A program made the position numbers and the translations under genes. A DNA stretch of 64,000 nt from Patescibacteria group bacterium (GTDB taxonomy: Bacteria; Patescibacteriota; CPR2; UBA1875), in contig JBGSRK010000005.1 in the NCBI GenBank assembly GCA_041737595.1, positions 55,185 through 119,184 of the forward strand, given 5' to 3'. A model generated the notes under the pieces. That model was given only the letters and a program-made list of their open reading frames with translations. It was not told where the DNA came from and did not search any database. Shown in pieces: positions 19,895-30,435 of this stretch (its first letter is position 1; every line of letters begins with the position of its first letter).

Positions 19895-21958
19895 TTATTC
19901 AAGTTTAGCTGCAGTTGAGAATTCTGCGACTTTTTCTAAAAGAATTTGGTTTTCTGAAATATTATTTCCAGATAAATATTTTTCTGCAACATCTCGGATC
20001 TTATGAATCGAATCTGGGTTTTTAATTGCTTCGAGTAATGTATCATCAATTTTCCCTGACTGTTTTATCCCAAGTAACTCTCCTGGTCCACGTATTTCGA
20101 GATCGCGTTCAGCAAGTTCAAAACCATTTTCAGACTTTAAAAGTGCATCAAGCCTTGCCATTGTTATTTCAGAATCAGAATCGGTAAAAAGAAAACAGTA
20201 TGATTTATGTTCACCTCTGCCAACCCGTCCTCGAAATTGATGTAATTGTGCAAGACCAAATCTTTCTGCCCCTTCTATTAACATAATGTTTGCATTTGGT
20301 ATATCAATCCCAACTTCAATTACTGAGGTTGAAACTAAAATATCTATTTTCCCATCCTTATAATCTTTCATTACTTTTTCTTTTTCTTCAGTTTTTAACC
20401 GACCATGGACAAGCCCAACTTTGCGATGTTTAAAAATACCCTCTGATAATCTTTTGGCCTCTTCTTCCGCGGACTTTACGCCTAACTTATCTGATGCGGA
20501 AACAAGGGGACAAATAACAAATACCTGTCTGCCTTTTTCAATTTGCTCATCAATAAATTTATAACCATCTCTTCTTTTTTCTGGTGCTATTAAAAATGTT
20601 GATACTTTTTCTCTACCTTGTGGCATCTCTGTTAAAGTTGAAATCTCAAGATCTCCAAAAACAGTAATCGCGAGAGTCCGGGGTATTGGTGTTGCACTCA
20701 TTGAAAGAAAATGTGGAGTTATCCCATTTTCATTTATTTTTTTTAAGACTTCTCTTTGTTCCACACCAAAACGATGTTGTTCATCTACAACAACTAGACC
20801 TAGTGTCCAAAATTTTATATCAGGAGATAATAGAGCATGTGTTCCAATTATTATCTGAGTCTCCCCTTCTTTTAAATTTTTTAGTATCTCTTTTTTTTCT
20901 GACTCTTTTTGAGCCCCAATAAAAAGATCAATTTTAATTTCAAACTTACCTAATAATTTTTTAAAACTCTCAAAATGTTGGCGAGCGAGTATTTCTGTTG
21001 GGGCAAGAATTACTGTTTGATAACCTTTTTTTGCTACCATTAAAGCTGGCATTGCGCATACAACTGTTTTCCCGCTCCCAACATCACCTTCCAGTAAACG
21101 ATTCATTGGATATGTACGTGAAATATCTTTTAATATTTGCCATGCTGATTTTCTCTGAGAATCAGTAAGAGTAAACTCTAAACTTTCAACAAACTCTTTT
21201 CCAATTTTTTCGTCATAATCTATGACAATCGATTTATTTTTTTCTGTTTCTTTTTTATTAGAAAGAACGGCACAAAAAAGACAGAAAAAGTTATCATAAA
21301 ACATTCTTTTTTGAGCTTTTTTAAGTTCATCAAAATTCTCAGGATAGTGCATAGTTCTTATTGCTGCAGAGAGCTCAATTAAATCAAGATCGTCTTTTAC
21401 TGACTCTGGCAAATGATCCTTTATACCATATACAAGTTTTGCAAGACCAGCAATTTTTTGACGAAGCCATTTAGAATTTAGGCCATCTGTTTCAGAATAT
21501 ACGGGAATAATTTTACCTACATGTCGAAGATCTTCGATAGTTCCCTCTTCATGTACTTTTTCAAAAACTGGCGATACAAAAGAAGCACCTGTAAAACTAA
21601 ATTCTAAGGTACCAGCTAAAAATATTTCTTCACCTTTTTCTAGACTTTTTTCTAACCAAGGTTGGTTAAACCAAACCGCCTTACATGTTCCCGTGTCATC
21701 AGTAATTATTGCCTCTGTAACAGGGGTTCCTTTCCGAGATTTTTTAGTATTAATTTCCCAAATAACACCTTTGACAGAAACTGCTTCACCAACTTTAATG
21801 TTAGAAATAGGTGTGATTTTAGAAAAATCATCCCAGCGACGTGGAAAATAAAAAAGAAGATCACGTATTGTATTAATACCTAATTTTTCGAGTTTTTTTA
21901 AATATGAAGGACCTACCCCATCAAGATCTGAAATTTTTGAATTTAAGTTTACTGTCAT
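19895..21958 (-). CDS. recG: ATP-dependent DNA helicase RecG
   Basis: GDVGSGKT, DEQHRFG, SATPIPRT, QFRGRVGR. Confidence 0.97.
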   Translation of the reverse strand: MTVNLNSKISDLDGVGPSYLKKLEKLGINTIRDLLFYFPRRWDDFSKITPISNIKVGEAVSVKGVIWEINTKKSRKGTPVTEAIITDDTGTCKAVWFNQPWLEKSLEKGEEIFLAGTLEFSFTGASFVSPVFEKVHEEGTIEDLRHVGKIIPVYSETDGLNSKWLRQKIAGLAKLVYGIKDHLPESVKDDLDLIELSAAIRTMHYPENFDELKKAQKRMFYDNFFCLFCAVLSNKKETEKNKSIVIDYDEKIGKEFVESLEFTLTDSQRKSAWQILKDISRTYPMNRLLEGDVGSGKTVVCAMPALMVAKKGYQTVILAPTEILARQHFESFKKLLGKFEIKIDLFIGAQKESEKKEILKNLKEGETQIIIGTHALLSPDIKFWTLGLVVVDEQHRFGVEQREVLKKINENGITPHFLSMSATPIPRTLAITVFGDLEISTLTEMPQGREKVSTFLIAPEKRRDGYKFIDEQIEKGRQVFVICPLVSASDKLGVKSAEEEAKRLSEGIFKHRKVGLVHGRLKTEEKEKVMKDYKDGKIDILVSTSVIEVGIDIPNANIMLIEGAERFGLAQLHQFRGRVGRGEHKSYCFLFTDSDSEITMARLDALLKSENGFELAERDLEIRGPGELLGIKQSGKIDDTLLEAIKNPDSIHKIRDVAEKYLSGNNISENQILLEKVAEFSTAAKLE

Positions 21959-22005
21959 AAGAACACTCTATCACAGTATAATTTCTCAAAAAAGAATACT
22001 GTGAT

Positions 22006-22347
22006 TTATTTTATTGAAAGAGTATAAGTAGAACCATTTGTAGAATAACCTAAACTATCTGTACAGATATCAAATTCAGTTCTTTCAGGAAATTGAGAAT
22101 CTGTAATTTCATTTAAATAATTTGGGTAGCTACCAGTATCTTCCTTATATTTTATAATTGCTTTTTCAGTCTCTATTAAATATTCGTTTGTACAATCTTT
22201 TTTAGCTGTTTCCATAGAAGAAGTTGCTAAAAAACCAGTGCCTATCATTAATATAATCCCAACTATAAATAATATGATAGGAATTAATATTACCAAAAAA
22301 ATAATTAATACAATTTTTTTATCGTTTTTATTTTTTTTATTTTTCAC
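22006..22347 (-). CDS. Small TM protein with GspG/pilin-like segment
   Basis: TM helix then AIIKYKEDTGSYP..L; no clear prepilin cleavage site. Confidence 0.55.
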   Translation of the reverse strand: MKNKKNKNDKKIVLIIFLVILIPIILFIVGIILMIGTGFLATSSMETAKKDCTNEYLIETEKAIIKYKEDTGSYPNYLNEITDSQFPERTEFDICTDSLGYSTNGSTYTLSIK

Positions 22348-22357
22348 TTTTATAAAC

Positions 22358-23551
22358 TTATTTAACTTTTACAAACTTTCTTTTACCAACTTGGATAATC
22401 ATTCCTGAATGAGGTTCTATGACGGCTTCACGATCTGATATTTGCGCCCCATCAACCTTGACACCCCCTTGTTCAAGCAAACGTCTTGCTTCTGATTTAG
22501 AGGAAGCAAGTTTTGCATCAACTAAAATATTTCTTAGATACATTGTCGCTTTTTTTAATTTAACAACAGGTATATCATCAGGTACTTCTTTTTTCACAAA
22601 TTGCCTTTCAAAGCTTTCTTGAGCTTTTTTTGCAAAACTATCATTGTAATAAATTTTTACAAGTTCATATGCTAGTTTTGCTTTAATATTTCTTGGATTC
22701 TCACCTTTTATCATCTGTTTTTCAAATTTTTTAATATCAGAAACTGGAATATATGTCGCAAGTTCCATATAAGGAATAATAAGCTCATCTTTTACAGACA
22801 TCGCTTTGCCGTACATTTCATTTGGTTCATCTTTAATCCCAATAACGTTGTCATAACTTTTTGACATCTTCCGACCATCAGAACCTTCTAATAGTTTTAT
22901 TGTCATAACCATTTGGGTTTTATTTTTAAGCGATTTCATTAAGTTACGACCTTGGAGCATATTAAATGTTTGATCTGTGCCCCCTATTTGCATATCAGCA
23001 TCTAAAAATACAGCATCATAACCCTGAATTACTGGATAAATAAATTCATGTAAAGAAATAGGTTTTTTTTCTTGGATCCTTTTTTGATACATATCACGTT
23101 CTAAAAGTTGTTGAACTGTAAAACGACTTGATAATTCTAAAACATCTTTAAACGTGAGTTTGTCATTCCACTCACTATTAAATCGTACTTCTGCTGCATT
23201 ATTACCAGAAAAATTAAGAAAAAATGATACCTGTTTCTTATAATCTTTAGCATTTTTTAAAACTTGTTCTCTTGTTAATGGTTGTCTTACAGCATTTCTA
23301 TCAGTTGGATCGCCAATCATCCCCGTAAAATCACCTATTAAAAATATAATCTTGTGACCAAGTTTTTGTAATAATTGTAATTTTCGTAAACACACAGCAT
23401 GTCCAATATGGATTTCTGAACCAGACGGGTCTACCCCATAATATATTTTCAATTTTTTAGTAGAATTCAGGACCTTTTCAACTTCTGCCTTAATATATAA
23501 TTCTTCTGTCCCTCGAGTCAGTATTTCTTTAATCATATCTGATTTATTCAA
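22358..23551 (-). CDS. tyrS: Tyrosine--tRNA ligase
   Basis: HIGH, KMSKS, C-terminal S4 domain. Confidence 0.97.
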   Translation of the reverse strand: MNKSDMIKEILTRGTEELYIKAEVEKVLNSTKKLKIYYGVDPSGSEIHIGHAVCLRKLQLLQKLGHKIIFLIGDFTGMIGDPTDRNAVRQPLTREQVLKNAKDYKKQVSFFLNFSGNNAAEVRFNSEWNDKLTFKDVLELSSRFTVQQLLERDMYQKRIQEKKPISLHEFIYPVIQGYDAVFLDADMQIGGTDQTFNMLQGRNLMKSLKNKTQMVMTIKLLEGSDGRKMSKSYDNVIGIKDEPNEMYGKAMSVKDELIIPYMELATYIPVSDIKKFEKQMIKGENPRNIKAKLAYELVKIYYNDSFAKKAQESFERQFVKKEVPDDIPVVKLKKATMYLRNILVDAKLASSKSEARRLLEQGGVKVDGAQISDREAVIEPHSGMIIQVGKRKFVKVK

Positions 23552-23651
23552 ACTAGCTCCTTAACATATTAGTATCTTATTTTTTTATAATCTTACTTTA
23601 CATTATAGCCTTATTTCGATATAATTCAAACGTTAAAAGAATAAATTGGCA

Positions 23652-26261
23652 ATGCCGTTAAGATATAAAAACGCAAAAAGACATTTAAAAAGGGGCACTA
23701 ATAAACCTGGTTTTAGACGTTCCACAGTTTCTTCTAGTCGAAAAAACCATAAGTTTTCTTTTTCTGATTTAAAACCTAAAACAGTTATTGGAAATGTAAA
23801 AAAGCTATTTACTACTAAGGAAGGGCTTAAAAAACTTGGGACCTTTGCTGTTATTGGCCTTGCTGTTGTGGTTGGGCTTTTTGGTTGGTATGCAAAAGAC
23901 TTACCTACTCCAAATAAAATCAATAGCCGAATTTCGGCCCAAACAACACAAATATTTGATAGAAATGGAAAACTTTTATATGAAATGCATGGCGATAAAA
24001 ATCGTATTTTAGTTGAATTTGATGAAATCCCAGAAAATGTAAAAAATGCTACTGTAGCAGTAGAAGACAAAAACTTTTATAAACATGGTGGGTTTTCTGG
24101 AACACGTATTTTAGGTGCAGCTTTTTATAATTTACTTGCAGGGGGCAAAATTACCCAAGGTGGATCTACTATAACTCAACAATTTGTTAAAAATGCCCTT
24201 CTAACAAATGAACAAAGATATTCTCGAAAAATAAAAGAACTTATACTTTCGATTGAAATTGAAAGTATGTATAAAAAAGACGATATATTAAAAATGTACC
24301 TAAATGAGATACCGTACGGTTCAAATGCATATGGGATTAAGGTTGCTGCAAAAACATATTTTGATAAGGATTTAAAAGATTTAACTCTTGAAGAGTCAGC
24401 AGTTCTTGCTGCTCTCCCACAAGCACCAACATATTATTCACCATTTGGTAGTAATAAAGATGCCTTGTTAGTACGAAAAGATGTAATTATTAATTTAATG
24501 GCCGATCAGAAATACATTACTAAGAAAGAAGCCGAAGAAGCAAAAAAGAAAGAAATAGTATTTTCCAACAACCCATATGGTTCGATAACAGCCCCTCATT
24601 TTGTTATGTTCGCCCGTGAAAAATTAGTAGAAAAATATGGGGAACAGATGGCTGCTGAGGGTGGATTAAAAGTCTATACTTCACTTGATTTAGATATGCA
24701 ACTTGCAGCAGAAAAAGCAGTAAAAGAAGGAGCTGACAAAGTTATTAAATATGGCGGTTCTAATGCGGCACTAGTTTCAATTGATCCTAAAACTGGCCAA
24801 ATACTTGCTATGGTAGGAAGCCGAGATTTCTTTAACCAAGATATTGATGGCAATGTAAATGTTACAACAATGGCAAGACAACCAGGTTCTTCGTTTAAAC
24901 CATATGCTTATGCAACTTCATGGAAGAAAACAAATTGGGGGCCAGGAAGTACTTTATATGATTTTAAAACTGACTTTGGTGGAGGTTATATCCCCTCTAA
25001 TTATGATGGGAAAGATCACGGGGTTCAATCAATGAGAACTGCCCTTGATGGTTCATTAAATATCCCAGCCGTAAAAGCACTATATATTGCTGGAATGGAC
25101 GAGACGCTAAAAACAGTTTCAGAAATGGGTATTTCAACATTAAATGACCCTTCTAAATATGGCCTTTCACTTGTACTAGGGGCTGGGGAAGTTAAACCAG
25201 TTGAACATGCTGCTGCTTTTGGTGTATTTGGGAATGGTGGTATAAAACAAGAGCAATCATGGTTTGTTAAAATTGAGGATGCAAAAGGTAAAACCCTTGA
25301 TGAGTATAAACAGAAACCGGGCAAACAAGTAATTGATCCGCAAATTGCATATCTTATGTCAAATGTCCTTTCAGATAATAATGCAAGGGCATATGTATTT
25401 GGGAGTAGAAACTCTTTAACACTCCCAGATAGACCAGTAGCTGCAAAAACTGGGACAACAAATGATTTTAAAGATGCTTGGACCGTTGGTTTTACTCCTC
25501 AGGTTTCTACTGCTGTTTGGGTCGGGAATAATGACGGCACTCCAATGAAAAGAAGTGCAGATGGTTCAATTGTTGCAGCCCCTATTTGGCAGAATTATAT
25601 GAAGGCAGTTACAGCAAAGATGCCAAAAGAAGAATTTAAGCGTCCATCTGGCATCAAAACAGTTACGATTGACGCAATCACTGGAAGAAAAGTTACTTCT
25701 GCAACAAAACAAACAAGAACAGATCTATTCCCTTCTTGGTACAAAACACCTAATGTTAATGGACAAGCACAGGAAATAAAAATTGATAAATCATCAGGAA
25801 AACTGGCAACTGATAAATGCCCCGCAGAATTAATTGAAACTCGTATATATTCGCCCATAACTGCTGAAATTCCATCAACAGATCCATCTTTCGCACGCTG
25901 GAATGCCCCTGTACAAAAATGGGCAGTATCACAAGGGTATTCAACAGATATGGGTGGTATCCCAACAGAGGCTTGCGATATTCATACTGGGGCGGATCTT
26001 CCCACTCTTTCAATTACATATCCTGGCGACGGAGATACAGTTGCAAAAGATTTCACAGCCCAAATGACCATTCAAACTCCAGCCGGTTTTTATAGCGCCA
26101 CTTTTACTATTGCAGGGAAAACATATACTGCAAAAACAAACGGGTCTTTTTATGAAGCAAATATTTCCATTACAACTGCTGGCGAATATGAACTTACAGC
26201 AACCGTTAAAGATAGTAAGTCACAAACAGTTACTAAAAAAGTTAAAATCAAAGTTCTTTAA
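23652..26261 (+). CDS. Class A penicillin-binding protein (PBP1A family) with C-terminal Ig-like domain
   Basis: EDKNFYKH, GGSTITQQ, SSFK, SLN, KTGT. Confidence 0.95.
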   Translation: MPLRYKNAKRHLKRGTNKPGFRRSTVSSSRKNHKFSFSDLKPKTVIGNVKKLFTTKEGLKKLGTFAVIGLAVVVGLFGWYAKDLPTPNKINSRISAQTTQIFDRNGKLLYEMHGDKNRILVEFDEIPENVKNATVAVEDKNFYKHGGFSGTRILGAAFYNLLAGGKITQGGSTITQQFVKNALLTNEQRYSRKIKELILSIEIESMYKKDDILKMYLNEIPYGSNAYGIKVAAKTYFDKDLKDLTLEESAVLAALPQAPTYYSPFGSNKDALLVRKDVIINLMADQKYITKKEAEEAKKKEIVFSNNPYGSITAPHFVMFAREKLVEKYGEQMAAEGGLKVYTSLDLDMQLAAEKAVKEGADKVIKYGGSNAALVSIDPKTGQILAMVGSRDFFNQDIDGNVNVTTMARQPGSSFKPYAYATSWKKTNWGPGSTLYDFKTDFGGGYIPSNYDGKDHGVQSMRTALDGSLNIPAVKALYIAGMDETLKTVSEMGISTLNDPSKYGLSLVLGAGEVKPVEHAAAFGVFGNGGIKQEQSWFVKIEDAKGKTLDEYKQKPGKQVIDPQIAYLMSNVLSDNNARAYVFGSRNSLTLPDRPVAAKTGTTNDFKDAWTVGFTPQVSTAVWVGNNDGTPMKRSADGSIVAAPIWQNYMKAVTAKMPKEEFKRPSGIKTVTIDAITGRKVTSATKQTRTDLFPSWYKTPNVNGQAQEIKIDKSSGKLATDKCPAELIETRIYSPITAEIPSTDPSFARWNAPVQKWAVSQGYSTDMGGIPTEACDIHTGADLPTLSITYPGDGDTVAKDFTAQMTIQTPAGFYSATFTIAGKTYTAKTNGSFYEANISITTAGEYELTATVKDSKSQTVTKKVKIKVL

Positions 26262-27113
26262 TTAAAAACCTATATATTTTATTTCTTCTTCTAGTACTAT
26301 TTTAAACTCTTTTTTTACTTTATTTTTTATTATTTTAGAAATATCTATTATATCTTTAGCTTTTGCCCCATCTGAATTAATTATAAAATTACCATGTTTT
26401 TCAGAAACTATAGCCCCGCCAATTTTTAATCCTTTTAATCCACATTTATCAATTAACTCCCCCGCTGAATAACCTTCTGGATTTTTAAAAAATGACCCAC
26501 ATGAAAAACCAATTGGTTGTTTTTCAATTCTTTTTTTTATAAATAATTTTATTTTTTCTTGAATTTTTTCTATATCATTTTTTTGAAGATTAAAATTAGC
26601 TGAAAGAATAATTATGTTCTCTAAATTACTTTTTCGATATTCAAATTTTATTTTATTTTTTTTAATATTTTTTACTTTTTTATTTTTTATATCATAAACT
26701 CTTATTGATATAAGATTATCAGAAATTTCATATCCCCAAGCCCCTGCACTACCAACTATTGCTGCACCAACTGTCCCTGGTATTCCACAAAGACCTTCAA
26801 AGCCAGAAAAACCATCTCGGGCGAGTTTATTTACCATTGCTACTAAGGAGTATCCAGAGCCAATAGTTAATTTATCCTCTAAAATTTTAAAACTGCATAA
26901 TTTATTTATAATTGTAAGACCCGAAAAACCATTATCTGAAACTAAAACATTACTCCCCTTTCCCAAAACAACCCAAGGAATATTTTTTTTTGATGCAAAT
27001 TTGATTGCATCTATTAATTCAGCTTCAGTTTCTACAATTGTTAAATAATCGGCAGGACCACCAATTTTGTATGAAGTGAATTTTGAGAGTTTAATGTTTT
27101 TATTTATTTTCAT
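26262..27113 (-). CDS. murB: UDP-N-acetylenolpyruvoylglucosamine reductase
   Basis: IGGPAD, GKGSNVL, IPGTVG, GSFFKNP, HGNFIIN. Confidence 0.95.
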   Translation of the reverse strand: MKINKNIKLSKFTSYKIGGPADYLTIVETEAELIDAIKFASKKNIPWVVLGKGSNVLVSDNGFSGLTIINKLCSFKILEDKLTIGSGYSLVAMVNKLARDGFSGFEGLCGIPGTVGAAIVGSAGAWGYEISDNLISIRVYDIKNKKVKNIKKNKIKFEYRKSNLENIIILSANFNLQKNDIEKIQEKIKLFIKKRIEKQPIGFSCGSFFKNPEGYSAGELIDKCGLKGLKIGGAIVSEKHGNFIINSDGAKAKDIIDISKIIKNKVKKEFKIVLEEEIKYIGF

Positions 27114-28062
27114 TTTTTAAAGTAGCAAAATACATCTTCCCAGCAGTAGTTTGAAGAACCCTTTTTATTGTCACATTAACGGTTTTCCCTACAAGAATAT
27201 CCCCTCTTTCTACCACTATCATTGTTCCATCGGGCAGATATGCAACTCCTTGATTTTTTTCTTTTCCCGCTTGAATAATTTTTAATTCCATATCCTCACC
27301 AGGGATAATATTTGGTCTTAAGGCCTGTGATAATTCATTAATATTTAGAACCGTAACATTTTCAACTTTAGCAACTTTGTTTAAATTAAAATCAGTCGTA
27401 AGCACACTTGCCTTTTTAAATTTTGCCAAATGAATCAACTTCATATCAACGGGGTCATCCGGAGAAACATCTTCGTTTACAGTTTCAACTTTCAGGTGTT
27501 TTTTTAATTCTGAGAGCACATCAAGCCCTCTTCTTCCTTTTGCGCGACGCATTGGATTCTCACTATCTGCAATATTCTGTAATTCAGAAAGAATAAATTT
27601 AGGTACTGTAATCCTTCCGGGAACAAAACCAGCAGCTGCAATATCTGATATTCGGCCATCAATCAAAACTGAGGTATCTACAAGAATCTCTTTTTCTTTA
27701 ATTTTACTTTTTAATTTTATGTTTTCTTTGTGGGGTAATTGAGGTTTAAGATTAAGAATAATATGTAGCGCCTTGCCAAAAGTATTTATAGTGTTTTCTA
27801 TTATGTTTTTTCTTGTGTAAAAAATCCAAATTGAATAAATAACAGAAAGTATATAAAAAACTAAAGGCATCCAGGTACCGTAAATACCAGGAAGCCTTGA
27901 GAGTGGCAGATATGCTAAAGAACCAACAAGTAATCCAACTATTGTGGCAAAAATATTAATAAATAATGTATTTGTTTTAAGATGCGAGAGTCTTGCGACT
28001 AATAAGGCTATAACAAATGCTAGCCCAGCCGAGATAAAGACGAAAAGATAAATGCTTTCCAT
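27100..28062 (-). CDS. PIN/TRAM domain membrane protein (YacL-like)
   Basis: DTSVLIDGRI, RGLDVL, TTDFNLNK, YLPDGTMIVVE; next to radA. Confidence 0.9.
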   Translation of the reverse strand: MESIYLFVFISAGLAFVIALLVARLSHLKTNTLFINIFATIVGLLVGSLAYLPLSRLPGIYGTWMPLVFYILSVIYSIWIFYTRKNIIENTINTFGKALHIILNLKPQLPHKENIKLKSKIKEKEILVDTSVLIDGRISDIAAAGFVPGRITVPKFILSELQNIADSENPMRRAKGRRGLDVLSELKKHLKVETVNEDVSPDDPVDMKLIHLAKFKKASVLTTDFNLNKVAKVENVTVLNINELSQALRPNIIPGEDMELKIIQAGKEKNQGVAYLPDGTMIVVERGDILVGKTVNVTIKRVLQTTAGKMYFATLKNENK

Positions 28063-28090
28063 GATAAATCCTCCTCCAAACAAGTTTGGA

Positions 28091-28181
28091 TAATTTTAAA
28101 TTTTAAGTTCTAGAATTCTAAATAATTTTAAATTTCAAAATCTTATAATTTTAGATTTATTTTTTGTTTTAAAATTTAGAA
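28091..28181. repeat. AT-rich degenerate ~7-nt repeat tract
   Basis: Repeated AATTTTA/AATTCTA/AATTTCA units. Confidence 0.55.
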
Positions 28182-28189
28182 TTGACTTT

Positions 28190-29521
28190 TTAAAGTACTT
28201 TGTCTATCGCTTCTTTTACAGTTGCGACAGTAATTATGTTAAGCCCTTTTTGGGCAATTGTTTTTGACTTTGGTACGATTGCAGTTTTAAAACCAAGTTT
28301 AACAGCTTCTGCAATTCTCTTATCTATATTATTAACCGAACGGACTTCTCCTGCAAGTCCAACTTCTCCTAATATTATTACATCATCAGGTATATTTTTA
28401 TTTCGAAAAACTGAAGCAATAGAAATACAAACAGCAAGATCCGCCGCAGGCTCACGAACAGATATGCCACCTGCAATATTTAAATAAATATCTTGAGTTG
28501 ATAAATTAAGACCACATCTTTTTCCAAGAACTGCAGTAAGTAAATTTAAACGATTTAAATCAAATCCGGAAGATGTTCTTTTTGGGTACCCAAAACTAGT
28601 TGAGGACGAAAGTGCTTGAATTTCAACTAAAAGTGGACGACTACCCTCCATTGCTGGGAAAATTACTGACCCGGGTGATTTATGAGCTCTTTCTGCAATC
28701 ATTATTTCAGATGGATTTTTTACAACCTCCATTCCTGATTCTAGCATTTCAAAAATACCCGTTTCATTTGTTGACCCAAAACGATTTTTAACCCCACGTA
28801 ATATTCTAAATGAACCAAATCTATCACCTTCTAAATATAAAACTACATCTACTAAATGTTCTAAAACTCGTGGGCCTGCAATATTCCCATCTTTTGTAAC
28901 GTGCCCAATTAAAATAATTGCAATATGGTTTTCTTTAGCAAGATTCATCAGTTTTGAGGCACATAAAGAAAGCTGGGAGACACTCCCAGAAGTTCCAGGA
29001 ATATCCGATGAATACATGGTCTGGATTGAATCTATTACAACAAATTTTGGTTTATTTTCTAATATAGTAGCGATTACCGTTTCAATATTTGTTTCAGAAA
29101 GTAACAAAAGATCATTATTTATTTTTAGTCTTTGGGCTCGCATCTGAATTTGTCTTTCTGACTCTTCCCCTGAAATATATAGCGTATCTAAAATATTTGA
29201 AGCAACTTGTAAGATTAATGTTGATTTCCCAATTCCTGGATCTCCTCCAACTAAAATAAGTGAACCTGGTACAACTCCACCTCCCAATACTTGATCAAAC
29301 TCAGGTATCCCACTTAAAATTCTTTTAATATTACCATCTGAAGAATCTGATAGTTTAGTTACCTCCACAGGTTTTGAACTTGATGTTTTGCGTGGGCCTG
29401 AACTTTCTGTTATCTCTTCAACTAATGTATTCCAACCTCCACAAGCCTCACACTTACCCATCCAACGGGGGTAATTTGTCCCGCAATTTTGACATGAATA
29501 AATTGTTTTAATTTTTGCCAT
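28190..29521 (-). CDS. radA: DNA repair protein RadA/Sms
   Basis: Zn finger, GDPGIGKST, KNRFG. Confidence 0.97.
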   Translation of the reverse strand: MAKIKTIYSCQNCGTNYPRWMGKCEACGGWNTLVEEITESSGPRKTSSSKPVEVTKLSDSSDGNIKRILSGIPEFDQVLGGGVVPGSLILVGGDPGIGKSTLILQVASNILDTLYISGEESERQIQMRAQRLKINNDLLLLSETNIETVIATILENKPKFVVIDSIQTMYSSDIPGTSGSVSQLSLCASKLMNLAKENHIAIILIGHVTKDGNIAGPRVLEHLVDVVLYLEGDRFGSFRILRGVKNRFGSTNETGIFEMLESGMEVVKNPSEIMIAERAHKSPGSVIFPAMEGSRPLLVEIQALSSSTSFGYPKRTSSGFDLNRLNLLTAVLGKRCGLNLSTQDIYLNIAGGISVREPAADLAVCISIASVFRNKNIPDDVIILGEVGLAGEVRSVNNIDKRIAEAVKLGFKTAIVPKSKTIAQKGLNIITVATVKEAIDKVL

Positions 29522-29774
29522 GAGTATACCTAAATATTAATATGACATTTGTTAAAGAAATTGTACCTGCAAAAAGGTTTGTGAAAATTAAAGCTAAATC
29601 GTTTAGATGAACCCCATAGATAAACCATAAAATATTTGCCATAACTAAAAGAATAAACATAGGGAGTGAAACATCTTTCGCACTTTTATGTTTTACTATT
29701 TTATAGACTTGAGGTAATGCACTTATTATTACTAAAAAACCGCCAATATATGCAAGTATTTGATATGGATCCAT
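29508..29774 (-). CDS. SemiSWEET/PQ-loop transporter
   Basis: ALPQVYK..KSAKDVS, three TM helices. Confidence 0.88.
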   Translation of the reverse strand: MDPYQILAYIGGFLVIISALPQVYKIVKHKSAKDVSLPMFILLVMANILWFIYGVHLNDLALIFTNLFAGTISLTNVILIFRYTHGKN

Positions 29775-29816
29775 AAAACAATTATCAAGTACTCTTAATT
29801 GAATTACAAGTGTACA

Positions 29817-29860
29817 AAAATAAGGCGGACCCCGACGACAATATGTCGAAGGGGTCCGTT
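29817..29860 (-). terminator. Terminator of islet 5
   Basis: GGCGGACCCC..CGACA-ATA-TGTCG..GGGGTCCGTT, T run on minus. Confidence 0.75.
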
Positions 29861-29957
29861 TGGTATCAACTCAGCAGGATTCTCAGGGAGGCCAAGAATT
29901 CTTTTCACCCCAGATGAGGGACTGAGCGACGCCAGAGTATTCAGTTTTTGGGATTGC

Positions 29958-30170
29958 CTAGAACCGTGCGAGTATGCGGAAGAGCTGAAAAGCGAAGAAC
30001 CCTCCAAAGAGAATTATCATCGCAAGCCCTCCGAACAGAAACTCGAACCGTTCTTTACCTTCATTTCTTACGGCGAGGTATATCATGCGAAGGCCGAAAC
30101 CCAACATGACTACCATCCCCGCCCCCAAAAGGGCGGCAAAGACAATCAATTCGTTCACTGATATTTCCAT
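29958..30170 (-). CDS. 70-aa two-TM small protein (islet 5)
   Basis: GAGAGG SD; two hydrophobic helices; long structured 5' and 3' UTRs. Confidence 0.7.
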   Translation of the reverse strand: MEISVNELIVFAALLGAGMVVMLGFGLRMIYLAVRNEGKERFEFLFGGLAMIILFGGFFAFQLFRILARF

Positions 30171-30287
30171 GGTTCTTGCCTCTCTCTTACTACGACTACT
30201 AGTGTGATTAATCTACGACTTTAGCTTCGTTGCGTACTCCTTTCCGCTTTAGGCGGGGTTGGACACGGCGAGAGACACTCGACCAAT

Positions 30288-30316
30288 ATATTATCATATA
30301 TTATATATTATGTCAA
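30288..30316 (-). promoter_or_regulatory. Promoter of islet 5
   Basis: TTGACA-17 nt-TAATAT with TG extension. Confidence 0.65.
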
Positions 30317-30369
30317 TACCTTTATATGGTGTTTATATCTTCCTACTAGATTATTTAAACAATCTAATT

Positions 30370-30405
30370 AAAACACGTCACTACTTCACTTTAGTGACGT
30401 GTTTT
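30370..30405 (-). terminator. Terminator after clpC
   Basis: AAAACACGTCACTA-loop-TAGTGACGTGTTTT. Confidence 0.75.
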
Positions 30406-30435
30406 ATAATTTTAAGATAGATAAATTTTAATGAG

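Noticed and set aside
29883-29960. Possible TAG read-through extending the islet 5 peptide by 24 aa
   Set aside because: No recoding evidence; TAG and TGA act as stops elsewhere, and the region is better explained as a structured trailer
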